From: a virus
Taxonomy: Duplodnaviria > Caudoviricetes
DNA: 64,000 bases
Virus record (IMG/VR): IMGVR_UViG_3300042554_000362
Span: 341-64,340 of that record
Direction: 5' to 3' (one strand)
Both the position numbers and the translations under genes were made by a program. A model generated the notes under the pieces. That model had not been told where the DNA came from and did not search any database. It saw nothing but the letters and a program-made list of their open reading frames with translations. This document shows, in pieces, positions 10,877 to 20,778 of the stretch. Positions within the stretch are counted from its first letter, which is position 1. Each line of letters begins with the position of its first letter.

Positions 10877-13756
10877 CTACGAGAAGGTAACTGTACCAGT
10901 TCCTGCTGTAACTGAATACACTCTGTAGCCGGTTACTGCGGTATTTGAGGTTGACACAGTTAAGCCAGCTGAGAATGTGGCTGTGTAGGGATTAGGTATG
11001 CGTAAGACGACTATGCCAGAACCACCCGAACCTGATGATCCTGCTGTATTTGCTGCTGATCCATTACCTGTTCCACTAGCACCACCACCGCCACCTCCGG
11101 TATTGGCTGTACCATCAGCTCCACTATTAGCCACACTACCGCTTACAGAATTTCCACCGGCTCCGCCGCCACCTAAACCACCTGAGGATCTTGTGTATGT
11201 TCCTGTACTATTTCCTATTCCACCTCCACCACCACCTGCATAGTAAGTTGCGGTTCCATTTATGGAACTTAAAAATCCTATTCCACCATTGGCGCCAGTG
11301 GTCCCGGAAACTGCATTAGACCCTGCTGCGCCTGCTCCACCACCGCCACCCCCACCACCGCTACTGTAGAGTAGACCTGTTCCGCCGGCAAACCCTTGTC
11401 CAATTGTTGCTGTTCCTCCTGCTACTGTTCCAGCCGTACTATTATAGGCACCGCCACCGCCACCAGAACCACCTGTTTTACCAACTGTGGGCGGTTCATT
11501 TCCTGTAGTACCTTCAGAACCCCACATACCACTTCCACCACCGCCAATTGCAATAAATGATGAGAATTGGCTATTCGATCCGTTGTTGCCTGACACGCAT
11601 GTCCCTAAACTGGCTGCTAGTCCTGCTCCACCGCTGCCTATAGTAATTGTATATGGGGTGGCAGAGGATATGTTAGTAGCGGTTCCAGTTAGTAAACCTC
11701 CTGCTCCGCCTCCACCACCGTATGGTCTTCCTCCACTACCCCCGCCAGCAACAACCAGGTAATCCACTGCAAGTGGTGGTGTGGTAGTGAATGCGATTGA
11801 TCCTGTGCCCGCAGTAAATCTTGTGTATTTTTCTGCTGCGTTTATTGCTACTGTTTCTGCGGTTAGTCCTGTACCAACATTGACATAGTAATTGGATGAG
11901 TAACGTAGTATAACTATGCCGGAACCACCTGCACCTGAAGTAAATCCATTACCTGTGCCGCCTCCGCCACCACCCAAATTAGATGACGCCGCGGTAGCAG
12001 ACGATCCAGTCGATCCTGCGGTACCTCCACCGTTACCTCCTGCGCCACCAGTTGAATTATTACTTCCGCCTACTCCATATCCTGCGCCACCGCCACCGCC
12101 AGCATAGGCTACCGACACACCAGTGATACTACTATTAGATCCTTGTCCACCAGCGCCATTGGTGTATGGAGTTCCTGATGTACCATTTGCTCCTACTGCC
12201 CCGGCGCCACCACCTCCACCGCCTGCTGCACCAGTACCCGACACACCAGTACCAGTTCCGCCTGAATTTCCTTGACTTGGTGAAGTTGAAGGTGTGTTAC
12301 CAGCCCCAGCCCCAGCTGTACCAGTACTACCTCCACCGCCACCACCACCTGACCCGCCACTGCTTCCAGAAGTTGGAACTTGCCCGCCACCACCTCCACC
12401 CCCTCCGGCTGCTGAAATTGATGAAAAACTTGAGCTGCTTCCAGAGCTACCAGACCCCGACGATGACACGGCAGCGCCGCCTGCTCCAACTGTGATCGAA
12501 TAAGTGGTGTTTAATGTAATATTGTTTAGTGTAGAGGTTATAAGCCCACCTGCACCGCCCCCGCCCCCGGCTGCTGCACCACCTGCACCGCCACCGGCTA
12601 CCACAAGATATTGCACAGAGATAGGGGTTGAAGTTGAAAAACTTATAGTACCAGTGCCAGCTGTGAATGTGGTGATTTTGAAACCACCTACTGTGACTGT
12701 TGAAGCAGTTAAACCTGCAGATACAGTTTCGTAATATAAGATAGGATATTTGATGATGACGATACCGGAACCACCTGCACCGCTTATGAAACTTGATGGT
12801 GCGGTGTAACCACCTCCGCCACCTCCGCCACCAGTGTTTGCAGTTCCTGCTGTACCGGCCGCACCAGTACCCCCTGCACCACCACCACCTAATCCGGCTG
12901 TTCCACCTGTTCCTGGAGGTCTACACCCACCACCACCACCACCTGCGTAAATAACAGAAGATCCGCTTATGCTGGAGGCTGTTCCGTTGCCACCTGCACC
13001 GCCTCCACCAGGGCCGCTAGCGTTACCACCTGCTGCGCTTGCACCGCCACCACCACCACCAGCATAGGATGGTGCTGAATTTCCAGATCCACCATTGTTT
13101 CCTTGGCTTGGAGATGTAGATGGAGTATTTCCAGATCCACCAGCGGGTGTCCCTGGATATCCGGCGCAACCGCCGCCACCACTACCGCCCGAGCCTGCTG
13201 TATTTTGAGAAGGTCCTGAATTAGCCCCACCACCTCCGCCTGCAGAAGTAATTGTAGAAAATACGGAATCCCCACCATTTCCTCCTTTAGTGGTAGCTCC
13301 TACTGTTCCACCAGCGCCAATAGTAACTGTGTAATCAGTCCCAGCAGTAACAGTTAATCCTGTTCCGGTTCTAAATCCACCCGCACCACCCCCGCCACCA
13401 TCACCAGGGCCACCCCCACCACCACCAGCCACTACAAGATATTCTATGTCAAAAGTAGTTGGTGTATTAGCACCCGCGGTTTGTTGTAAGGCCATCCAAG
13501 ACTGATAGGTGTTACTGTAATATTCTAATTGTAAAGTTGTAGTATTTTGTCTAATAGCACCATTGGGAGGTGAAGTAGGTCGTTCGGCTGTAGTCCCTGA
13601 AGGTAAGTCAAAGTATCCGGTACTGGTGGTTGCGGTGTCATAGGCTATGCCAGTAGATCCGGTTCTACGCCAATTTTGTCCAGTCCATGAGTAGACGATA
13701 CCATTGTAAGTATATGTTTGGCCTGAAGTGGGGTTTGAGGGAAATTGGATTGGCAT
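10877..13756 (-). CDS. Glycine-rich fibre/adhesin protein with three Gly-rich domains
   Basis: 959 aa. Its C-terminal body is closely similar to that of 4101..7337. Confidence 0.75.
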   Translation of the reverse strand: MPIQFPSNPTSGQTYTYNGIVYSWTGQNWRRTGSTGIAYDTATTSTGYFDLPSGTTAERPTSPPNGAIRQNTTTLQLEYYSNTYQSWMALQQTAGANTPTTFDIEYLVVAGGGGGGPGDGGGGGAGGFRTGTGLTVTAGTDYTVTIGAGGTVGATTKGGNGGDSVFSTITSAGGGGGANSGPSQNTAGSGGSGGGGCAGYPGTPAGGSGNTPSTSPSQGNNGGSGNSAPSYAGGGGGGASAAGGNASGPGGGGAGGNGTASSISGSSVIYAGGGGGGCRPPGTGGTAGLGGGGAGGTGAAGTAGTANTGGGGGGGGYTAPSSFISGAGGSGIVIIKYPILYYETVSAGLTASTVTVGGFKITTFTAGTGTISFSTSTPISVQYLVVAGGGAGGAAAGGGGGAGGLITSTLNNITLNTTYSITVGAGGAAVSSSGSGSSGSSSSFSSISAAGGGGGGGGQVPTSGSSGGSGGGGGGGSTGTAGAGAGNTPSTSPSQGNSGGTGTGVSGTGAAGGGGGGAGAVGANGTSGTPYTNGAGGQGSNSSITGVSVAYAGGGGGAGYGVGGSNNSTGGAGGNGGGTAGSTGSSATAASSNLGGGGGGTGNGFTSGAGGSGIVILRYSSNYYVNVGTGLTAETVAINAAEKYTRFTAGTGSIAFTTTPPLAVDYLVVAGGGSGGRPYGGGGGAGGLLTGTATNISSATPYTITIGSGGAGLAASLGTCVSGNNGSNSQFSSFIAIGGGGSGMWGSEGTTGNEPPTVGKTGGSGGGGGAYNSTAGTVAGGTATIGQGFAGGTGLLYSSGGGGGGGGAGAAGSNAVSGTTGANGGIGFLSSINGTATYYAGGGGGGIGNSTGTYTRSSGGLGGGGAGGNSVSGSVANSGADGTANTGGGGGGASGTGNGSAANTAGSSGSGGSGIVVLRIPNPYTATFSAGLTVSTSNTAVTGYRVYSVTAGTGTVTFS

Positions 13757-13766
13757 AATCTAGTAT

Positions 13767-16700
13767 TTACGCTAGGCTAAATGTCACAGTTCCGGTACCG
13801 GCTGTAACTGAGTACACTCTATATCCAGCTAATGCTGTATTAGCAGTAACAGTTAATCCAGCGGAGAAAGTAGCTTGGTAAACCGTTGTCGTTCTAACAA
13901 TTACAATACCTGAGCCGCCGGCACCTCCTGGGTATGATCCATGAGTGCTCACATTGCTACCAACACCACCCCCTCCACCACCGGTATTTGTTGAACCTGC
14001 CGGAGGTGTAGCACCAGCACTATTAATACCTGCTGCACCGCCACCTACACCACCTGAGCCTGCTGATCCGCCAGTATTACGCACACCACCACCTCCACCA
14101 CCAGCGTAAGCTACGTTGGCACCAGTGATTGTAGAATAAATACCGCTTCCACCAGGCGCACCAGGAGCAGTAGTAGCATTGCCTCCAGCTGCACCAGCTC
14201 CCCCGCCTCCGCCGGCGCCATAACCATCAGATACTCCATTTGAATAACCTCCAGAGTTACCTTGACCTACAGTACCCGACGCCTGAACTACGTTCCCGCC
14301 ACCTGATCCGCCACCTGACCCACCAATATTTCCTGCCCATGAGCCCGATGTTCCTAATCCCGCTACTCCTTGATACCCGCCACCTCCACCGCCGATAGCT
14401 GTGAGTGCGTTAAAAATACTGTTTGATCCAGATCCACCTACTAGATTGTTTACGCCGGCACCACCAGCACCGACTGTGATATTATAAGTAGTACCTAGTG
14501 TCAAACTAGAAATTGACCCAGTTAATACTCCACCGGCTCCACCACCTCCACCTAAAATACTACCACCACCTGCACCACCACCTGCAACTACCAAATAATC
14601 AACTACCAAGCCAGGAGGCGTTGTTTGTAACACAAAAGTACCAGTACCAGATGTGAATCTTGTATGTCTATATCCGTTGCCTTGGCCGACAGTCTCAGCA
14701 GTTAGGCCAGTGCCAACATTGGCGAAATAAGTGTCTGGATAGCGTATGATGACTACACCTGAACCACCTGAACCGGAGTTACTGCCATTATTTATACTAC
14801 CACCACCCCCGCCACCAGTATTGACAGTGCCGCTCAATGTAGCTGCTCCACCGCCACCAAGTCCTCCTGAGCCGGTAGTACCTCCATTAAAAGTTCCTCC
14901 ACCACCCCCACCTGCGTATGCAACCGAAGTTCCAGTAATAGTGCTGTTAGAGCCAATGCCCCCATTGCCCGCTACTGTACTTGTACCACTTCCACCAACT
15001 GCACCAGCTCCGCCTCCTCCACCACCACCAAAATTTGGCGTACCACCTGCACTGCCGCCGTTGTTGCCTTGACTCGGTGTAGTTGAGGGCGTATTTCCTG
15101 CACCTCCTCCCCCACTTGCACCGCCCCCGCCACCGGAACCACCAGCAAGCCCGTTATTATTATTAGTAGAACCGCCGCCGCCACCGGAGGAAGTTATAGC
15201 AGAAAAAACCGAATTTGAACCATTACTTCCATTGTTATTACTTGCGCCACCTGATCCGCCACTACCGATAGTGACAGCATAGGTTACATTAACAAGTGCT
15301 GTGATTGTACCAGTTCTAAGACCGCCGGCTCCACCACCACCCCCTGTTCCTCCGCCACCGCCGCCGCCTCCAGCCACCACCAAGTATTCTACTGAGACAG
15401 GGGGATTGTTACTAAAATATACATTACCAGTGCCAGCTGTGAATGTGGATACTTTGTTAGCGCCAATGGTCACTGTTGACGCAGTTAATCCTGCATCCGG
15501 AATCATATAGAAAATTGAGGGATAACGTAGGATCACTATGCCAGAACCACCTGCTGCACCCGATCCAGCCCCACCAGCACCACCCCCACCACCGCCACCA
15601 GTATTAGTAGTTCCAACTGTGCCAGCAGCAGCAGGTGCTGATCCTCCACCGCCACCACCTCCCAAGCCGCCTTGACCGGTGGCATAACTGAATGGAGAAT
15701 ATCCACCGCCTCCTCCGCCACCAGCATAATAAGTTAGCGTACCTGTAATTAAACTGGTACCACCTACGCCACCATTACCCGCGAAAGCCTTGGTTGTTGT
15801 TGTACTTCCTATCGCACCGCCACCGCCACCACCTCCTCCGCCTGTTCCATTGGGATTCGTTCCTTGACCGGATCCTCCACCATTATTACCTTGACTAGGA
15901 GTTATACTAGGGGTATTACCAGACCCACCAGAAAAAGGTCCTGTGCTATCTATATCACCACCAGCACCGCCACCGGATCCGCCGGATCCACCGATAGTTT
16001 TTAATTTTCCACCAAATCCTCCGCCAGTTGAAGTAATTGTAGCAAACACAGAGTTAGATCCATTAGTTCCATTCGCTCCTGGATTTCCTAATCCACCCCC
16101 GCCTCCTGCTCCAACTGTAACTGTGTAAGTATCAGTAAAATTAACTGTACTCGTGCCAGTTCTAAATCCACCGCCACCTCCGCCACCGGCTAAGTCACCA
16201 CCGCCACCTCCGCCACCAGCCACCACTAAGTATTCTACCGTCATTGTACTAGCTGTACTGGTGGCTGTGACGGCTGCCCACGCACTAGCTGTACCGTCAT
16301 AGTATTCAACTCGAGCAGTGTCTGTGTTATATCTAATTAAGCCAGCCACCGGTGCCCCAGGACGCTGTGCTGTGGTCCCTGTGGGTAAATCAAAAAATCC
16401 TGTTGATGATGTTAGTATATCGTATACTGCTGCTCCACCAGCTGCACCACCCACTGTGGCCCAGGCATTGGCAAAATATACATTAAGTTCGCCGGATTCG
16501 GTGTCTAACCACATGCTGCCTACATTGGCTGAGATTGGTGCCGAATTGCTTACAGTAACATTGGCACCGCCACCTGATCCACCTGAACCAGCTGGTCCGG
16601 TAGCTCCTGTAACGCCAGTGGCACCCTGTACACCTGTTGCCCCAGTGGCACCTAAGCCAGTTGCACCAGTCGCGCCAATGCCTGTAGCACCAGTGGCTCC

Positions 16701-16841
16701 TACATTGCCAGTGACGCCGGTTGCACCTGTAGCTCCGATAGCCACACCAGGTTCCCACCCTTCGCCGTCCCAACGCCAACTTAAACCGTTATAGGTATAA
16801 GTTTGATTTAAAGTTGGATTAGCAGGAAATTGTATAGGCAT
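13767..16841 (-). CDS. Glycine-rich fibre/adhesin protein with GAT collagen and three Gly-rich domains
   Basis: 1024 aa. Its C-terminal body is closely similar to that of 1374..4091. Confidence 0.75.
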   Translation of the reverse strand: MPIQFPANPTLNQTYTYNGLSWRWDGEGWEPGVAIGATGATGVTGNVGATGATGIGATGATGLGATGATGVQGATGVTGATGPAGSGGSGGGANVTVSNSAPISANVGSMWLDTESGELNVYFANAWATVGGAAGGAAVYDILTSSTGFFDLPTGTTAQRPGAPVAGLIRYNTDTARVEYYDGTASAWAAVTATSTASTMTVEYLVVAGGGGGGGDLAGGGGGGGFRTGTSTVNFTDTYTVTVGAGGGGGLGNPGANGTNGSNSVFATITSTGGGFGGKLKTIGGSGGSGGGAGGDIDSTGPFSGGSGNTPSITPSQGNNGGGSGQGTNPNGTGGGGGGGGGAIGSTTTTKAFAGNGGVGGTSLITGTLTYYAGGGGGGGYSPFSYATGQGGLGGGGGGGSAPAAAGTVGTTNTGGGGGGGAGGAGSGAAGGSGIVILRYPSIFYMIPDAGLTASTVTIGANKVSTFTAGTGNVYFSNNPPVSVEYLVVAGGGGGGGGTGGGGGAGGLRTGTITALVNVTYAVTIGSGGSGGASNNNGSNGSNSVFSAITSSGGGGGSTNNNNGLAGGSGGGGGASGGGGAGNTPSTTPSQGNNGGSAGGTPNFGGGGGGGAGAVGGSGTSTVAGNGGIGSNSTITGTSVAYAGGGGGGTFNGGTTGSGGLGGGGAATLSGTVNTGGGGGGSINNGSNSGSGGSGVVIIRYPDTYFANVGTGLTAETVGQGNGYRHTRFTSGTGTFVLQTTPPGLVVDYLVVAGGGAGGGSILGGGGGAGGVLTGSISSLTLGTTYNITVGAGGAGVNNLVGGSGSNSIFNALTAIGGGGGGYQGVAGLGTSGSWAGNIGGSGGGSGGGNVVQASGTVGQGNSGGYSNGVSDGYGAGGGGGAGAAGGNATTAPGAPGGSGIYSTITGANVAYAGGGGGGVRNTGGSAGSGGVGGGAAGINSAGATPPAGSTNTGGGGGGVGSNVSTHGSYPGGAGGSGIVIVRTTTVYQATFSAGLTVTANTALAGYRVYSVTAGTGTVTFSLA

Positions 16842-16848
16842 AATTTAT

Positions 16849-18594
16849 TTAATTACTTTGATATCTGATAATTACTACCCCCGAACCACCGCTACCGCCG
16901 GAATAGTTTGTTCCACCAACAAAGCCTCCAGCGCCTCCTCCACCACCTGTGTTGATAGTACCACTTGTACCTGCTGATGCGCCCATACCACCGGTACCAC
17001 CGCCCCCTATACCACCAGGACTTGTGCCGCTGCCACCACCACCACCGCCCCCGCCGCCGGCCAAGTAATACTGACTATTTGATAATTGGCCAACAGTTGA
17101 ACCCGAAATTGGATTTACGTTGCCTGCACCGCCATCACCTGAATTACCCGAAGCTCCAGCAGTTCCTACTGCCCCTGCACCACCGCCACCGCCACCTTGA
17201 TAGATTTCCTCAGAACCCACTGATCCGTTACCGGAACCACCATTGTTACCCTGCCCTGCTGTGCCAGTGCCCCCACCTTGTTGGTTTCCACCTCCACCAC
17301 CACTGCCGCCGGTGCTACCAGCTGCACCACCACTGCCACCTCCACCACCACCAACAGCAGTTAATCCAGAATTAACGCCACTGGCTGTTAAATAAAGCCT
17401 CGATGGACTTCCTGAAACACCTTGAACATTTACTCCCGAATTACTGCCGCCGGCACCTACTGATACTGTATATTCTCCTGTTTGAACAATATAAGCTGAG
17501 TTATATAACATACCCCCAGCTCCTCCGCCTCCAGCATGCCTTGTTGACCCACCACCGCCGCCAGCGACTAACAAAACTTGAATAGCAGAATTTGGTGGAG
17601 CAAATACTACATTAAAGGTTCCAGTTTCATAAAACGTATGAATTTTATATCCGCCAACTGTAGTAACAGTTCCACCTGTAGCTGCGAATCCACCAAAAGA
17701 TCCCATATTATACCAGGATCCTGAATAATAGACTTCAAAAAAGCCAGTGGTTGTGTTTAATCTGGCAGCACCGTTTACTGGACTTCCTGGACGTTCTGCT
17801 GTGGTTCCAAACGGTAAACCAAAATATCCGGTTGTGTTAGCAGATACATTATAAACATTAGCAACACCTCCGGCACCAGCCGGACCAGTGGCTCCTGTTA
17901 AACCAGTAGCTCCTGCTACTCCAGTAGCACCAGTGGCACCTAGGCCGGTTGCACCTGTGCTGCCTACATTACCTGCAATACCAGTGGCGCCAGTGGCACC
18001 TACATTACCTGCAATACCAGTGGCGCCAATTGGTCCAATGGCTACGCCAGCCCAGCTGCCACCATAATAAATTCTAAGTTTTCCAGTTTCATTGTCTAGC
18101 CATAAACTACCCACTGTGGGGTTACTTGGGGCATTATCAGCCACAGTTACAGTGGCGCCACCAACTGGCGCAGCATTACCAGTGTTACTTACTGTTTGTA
18201 GCCCAGATGTACCTGCAACCAAGGTCACTATATTTCCGCCAGTGGTGATTTGCAAACTGCTGACCTGCAAAGCCACTGCTACATTGGCGTTAGCTGCCGA
18301 AGTAAAACTCACACCGTTAGCCGAACTCTTGATAGCAGTACCACCCAAGTCAATGGTATTACCACTCAAGTACAAATCACGCCAACGCAGACTAGCTGCC
18401 CCCAGATCATAGGTAACGTTAGCACCAGGTATGATACTGCTGCTAACCGACGATAAATTGGCGCCAGCTCCAGTGGCTCCAGTGGCACCAATGGCAGTGC
18501 CCGGTGCCCACCCTTTGCCATCGTAGGTCCAGGTACGGCCATTAGCAGTATAAGTTTGTCCTTGTGAGGGATTATCTGGAAAATATATTGGCAT
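16849..18594 (-). CDS. Fibre/adhesin protein with one Gly-rich domain
   Basis: 581 aa. The N-terminal part (YDLGA..RWRDLYLSGNTIDLGGTAIKS) is shared with 7348..10455. Confidence 0.72.
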   Translation of the reverse strand: MPIYFPDNPSQGQTYTANGRTWTYDGKGWAPGTAIGATGATGAGANLSSVSSSIIPGANVTYDLGAASLRWRDLYLSGNTIDLGGTAIKSSANGVSFTSAANANVAVALQVSSLQITTGGNIVTLVAGTSGLQTVSNTGNAAPVGGATVTVADNAPSNPTVGSLWLDNETGKLRIYYGGSWAGVAIGPIGATGIAGNVGATGATGIAGNVGSTGATGLGATGATGVAGATGLTGATGPAGAGGVANVYNVSANTTGYFGLPFGTTAERPGSPVNGAARLNTTTGFFEVYYSGSWYNMGSFGGFAATGGTVTTVGGYKIHTFYETGTFNVVFAPPNSAIQVLLVAGGGGGSTRHAGGGGAGGMLYNSAYIVQTGEYTVSVGAGGSNSGVNVQGVSGSPSRLYLTASGVNSGLTAVGGGGGGSGGAAGSTGGSGGGGGNQQGGGTGTAGQGNNGGSGNGSVGSEEIYQGGGGGGAGAVGTAGASGNSGDGGAGNVNPISGSTVGQLSNSQYYLAGGGGGGGGGSGTSPGGIGGGGTGGMGASAGTSGTINTGGGGGAGGFVGGTNYSGGSGGSGVVIIRYQSN

Positions 18595-18595
18595 A

Positions 18596-20047
18596 CTATG
18601 TCGGTAACAAATATCTTATAATAACTACACCGGAACCGCCAGTTCCACCAGGAACTCCACCACCGCCACCACCGCCGGTATTGGCAGTTCCCGCCGCAGC
18701 AGCATTGCTAGTATTACCGCCGCGTCCCCCGCCGCCGTTACCACCATTGGCAAATGATCCAGAATATGAACTGCCTCCACCACCACCGCTGTAAAATACA
18801 TTACTGCCACTGATAGCAGTGTTTGCACCTATTCCACCAATGCCGCCACCATTAGTAGTGCCATTACTACCTACTGCTCCTGCACCACCTCCGCCTCCGC
18901 CTCCATCTGCTGTATTTTGCAACCAACCTAGGCCACCATTGTTACCTTGGCTAGGTGTTGTAGCAGGTGTATTACCCAGACCTATTGTACCTGCTCCAGT
19001 GAGTGATCCGCTGCCCCCGCCCCCGCCTGCTCCACCTCCGGAACCGCCGTCATTGCCTTTGGATCCCACACTTTGTGTTTGACCCCCGCCACCACCTGCA
19101 CTAAAAATACTAAATACTGACGAATCACTGCCATTAGCGGCTGCGCTTCCTCCTGCACCAATGGTTACCAAATACGTTGTATTGATTATCACATTGCTGG
19201 AAGTTCCAGTTCTATAACCACCAGCACCTCCACCAGCGCCACCATTTCCATTACCGCCGCCCCCACCACCGCCTACAATGAGATATTCATACCCGCCGGA
19301 CGGAACAAAAGAACTAGTGACAAAATTACCAGTAGCATTGAATGTATGTATTCTGTATGAGGATGCCACAGTAATATTACCACCAGTGGGCAAACTTGCC
19401 ACAGTAGTTACATAAGAATTAGAGACTTGCCCGGCTCCAGTTATAACATTTATGGTAACACTGGTTCCTGCGGCTAGATTATATATAGTAGCAGGCACCA
19501 CTATAGATATAGTAGATCCATTCCCAGTTGGAGTAGTTGAACTATCAACAATCGTAGCTCCTGAGGTAAATCTAACTATCACTGCGCTGGTTCCAAAATT
19601 AACACCATAAATTGTGAGGGTAGACGCATAGCCGGGTATGATTATACCATTAAGTATATTAATTTGAGCAGCACTACCAATGGTACTAGTTTTCAAACTA
19701 CCACCTGTGTCGTAGCTACCATCCGGAGTCCAGGTTTCTCCTGCTCCCAATGTTATTCTCTGCACAATTCTCTGAGTACTACCGTTATCATACTTGATAT
19801 TTACTGTAACTGAAGCCGAATCACGATTATGCACACGAGCAAATTTAACATATCGTTGGTTACCACTGGATGGGGCTGCTGCTAATGTTACGTCGGTGGT
19901 TCCATTAAATGCACCGTCTGTACCACCACCTACAAATGTTGTTCCATTACTATCGGCCCAGGCAGTTACAAAATCGGGATTTACAGTGGCCGCAGCAGCA
20001 GACAAATTTGCCTTAAGTGATTTTGAAGTCGAATCTAATATAAACAT
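18596..20047 (-). CDS. Beta-sandwich + IPT-like + Gly-rich domain adhesin
   Basis: 483 aa. Contains TLTIYGVNFG (IPT-like) and a C-terminal Gly-rich domain. Confidence 0.65.
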   Translation of the reverse strand: MFILDSTSKSLKANLSAAAATVNPDFVTAWADSNGTTFVGGGTDGAFNGTTDVTLAAAPSSGNQRYVKFARVHNRDSASVTVNIKYDNGSTQRIVQRITLGAGETWTPDGSYDTGGSLKTSTIGSAAQINILNGIIIPGYASTLTIYGVNFGTSAVIVRFTSGATIVDSSTTPTGNGSTISIVVPATIYNLAAGTSVTINVITGAGQVSNSYVTTVASLPTGGNITVASSYRIHTFNATGNFVTSSFVPSGGYEYLIVGGGGGGGNGNGGAGGGAGGYRTGTSSNVIINTTYLVTIGAGGSAAANGSDSSVFSIFSAGGGGGQTQSVGSKGNDGGSGGGAGGGGGSGSLTGAGTIGLGNTPATTPSQGNNGGLGWLQNTADGGGGGGGAGAVGSNGTTNGGGIGGIGANTAISGSNVFYSGGGGGSSYSGSFANGGNGGGGRGGNTSNAAAAGTANTGGGGGGGVPGGTGGSGVVIIRYLLPT

Positions 20048-20056
20048 CTTTAATCC

Positions 20057-20761
20057 TTAACTCATATACCAAGAAAATATGCTGCTTCCACCACCAGCTG
20101 CGGCATTACCAGCTGGACCGGCCGGTCCAGTTGCACCAGTTAATCCAGTGGCACCTGTAGCTCCTAACCCAGTTGCACCAGTAGCACCCGATCCTGTGGC
20201 ACCTGTACTGCCTATAGTTCCTTGCGGCCCAGTGGCGCCTGTGGGACCAAAGCCTACACCGGCCCAGTCGCCGCCAAAATATACACGAAAGTCACCGGTA
20301 TCTGAATCTAACCATAAGCTACCTTCTGTAGTTCCTGCCGGTATAACATTACTTACCGTAACAGTAGCACCACCTGATCCTATAGTGACATTACCGATCT
20401 GACTGCCTTCAGGCAATACCACCGAATTATTACTAGCAGTGATTACAGCACCACCTAGATTAATACTATTGCCACTCAAGTATAAATCACGCCAACGCAG
20501 GCTAGACGATCCTAGGTCATAAGTGACATTGGCACTGGGTATAATACTGCTGCTTACTGACGATAAATTAGCACCAGCTCCTGTAGCTCCTGTGGCACCT
20601 GGGTTGCCTGTGGCTCCAGATAATCCAGTGGCGCCAGTGGCTCCTGACGCACCACTGCTAGCAGTGGCTAACCACTTTTGGCCATCCCAAATATAGGTAA
20701 ACACACCGGTCACAAAGACTTGGTTTACACTGGGATTAGCTGGAAAATTGATAGCTGCCAT
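20057..20761 (-). CDS. Short collagen-like adaptor fibre
   Basis: 234 aa. Has the shared N-terminal module, GAT repeats and a short C-terminal SIFSWYMS peptide. Confidence 0.65.
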   Translation of the reverse strand: MAAINFPANPSVNQVFVTGVFTYIWDGQKWLATASSGASGATGATGLSGATGNPGATGATGAGANLSSVSSSIIPSANVTYDLGSSSLRWRDLYLSGNSINLGGAVITASNNSVVLPEGSQIGNVTIGSGGATVTVSNVIPAGTTEGSLWLDSDTGDFRVYFGGDWAGVGFGPTGATGPQGTIGSTGATGSGATGATGLGATGATGLTGATGPAGPAGNAAAGGGSSIFSWYMS

Positions 20762-20778
20762 AACTTAGTATTTATTGG

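Noticed and set aside
1374-20047. CRISPR-like or DGR-like repeat array
   Set aside because: The recurring motifs (e.g. the one encoding [15 protein letters not shown]) are in-frame coding repeats varying at synonymous sites. I saw no constant repeat-spacer period, no adenine-only TR/VR pair and no reverse transcriptase in the window.
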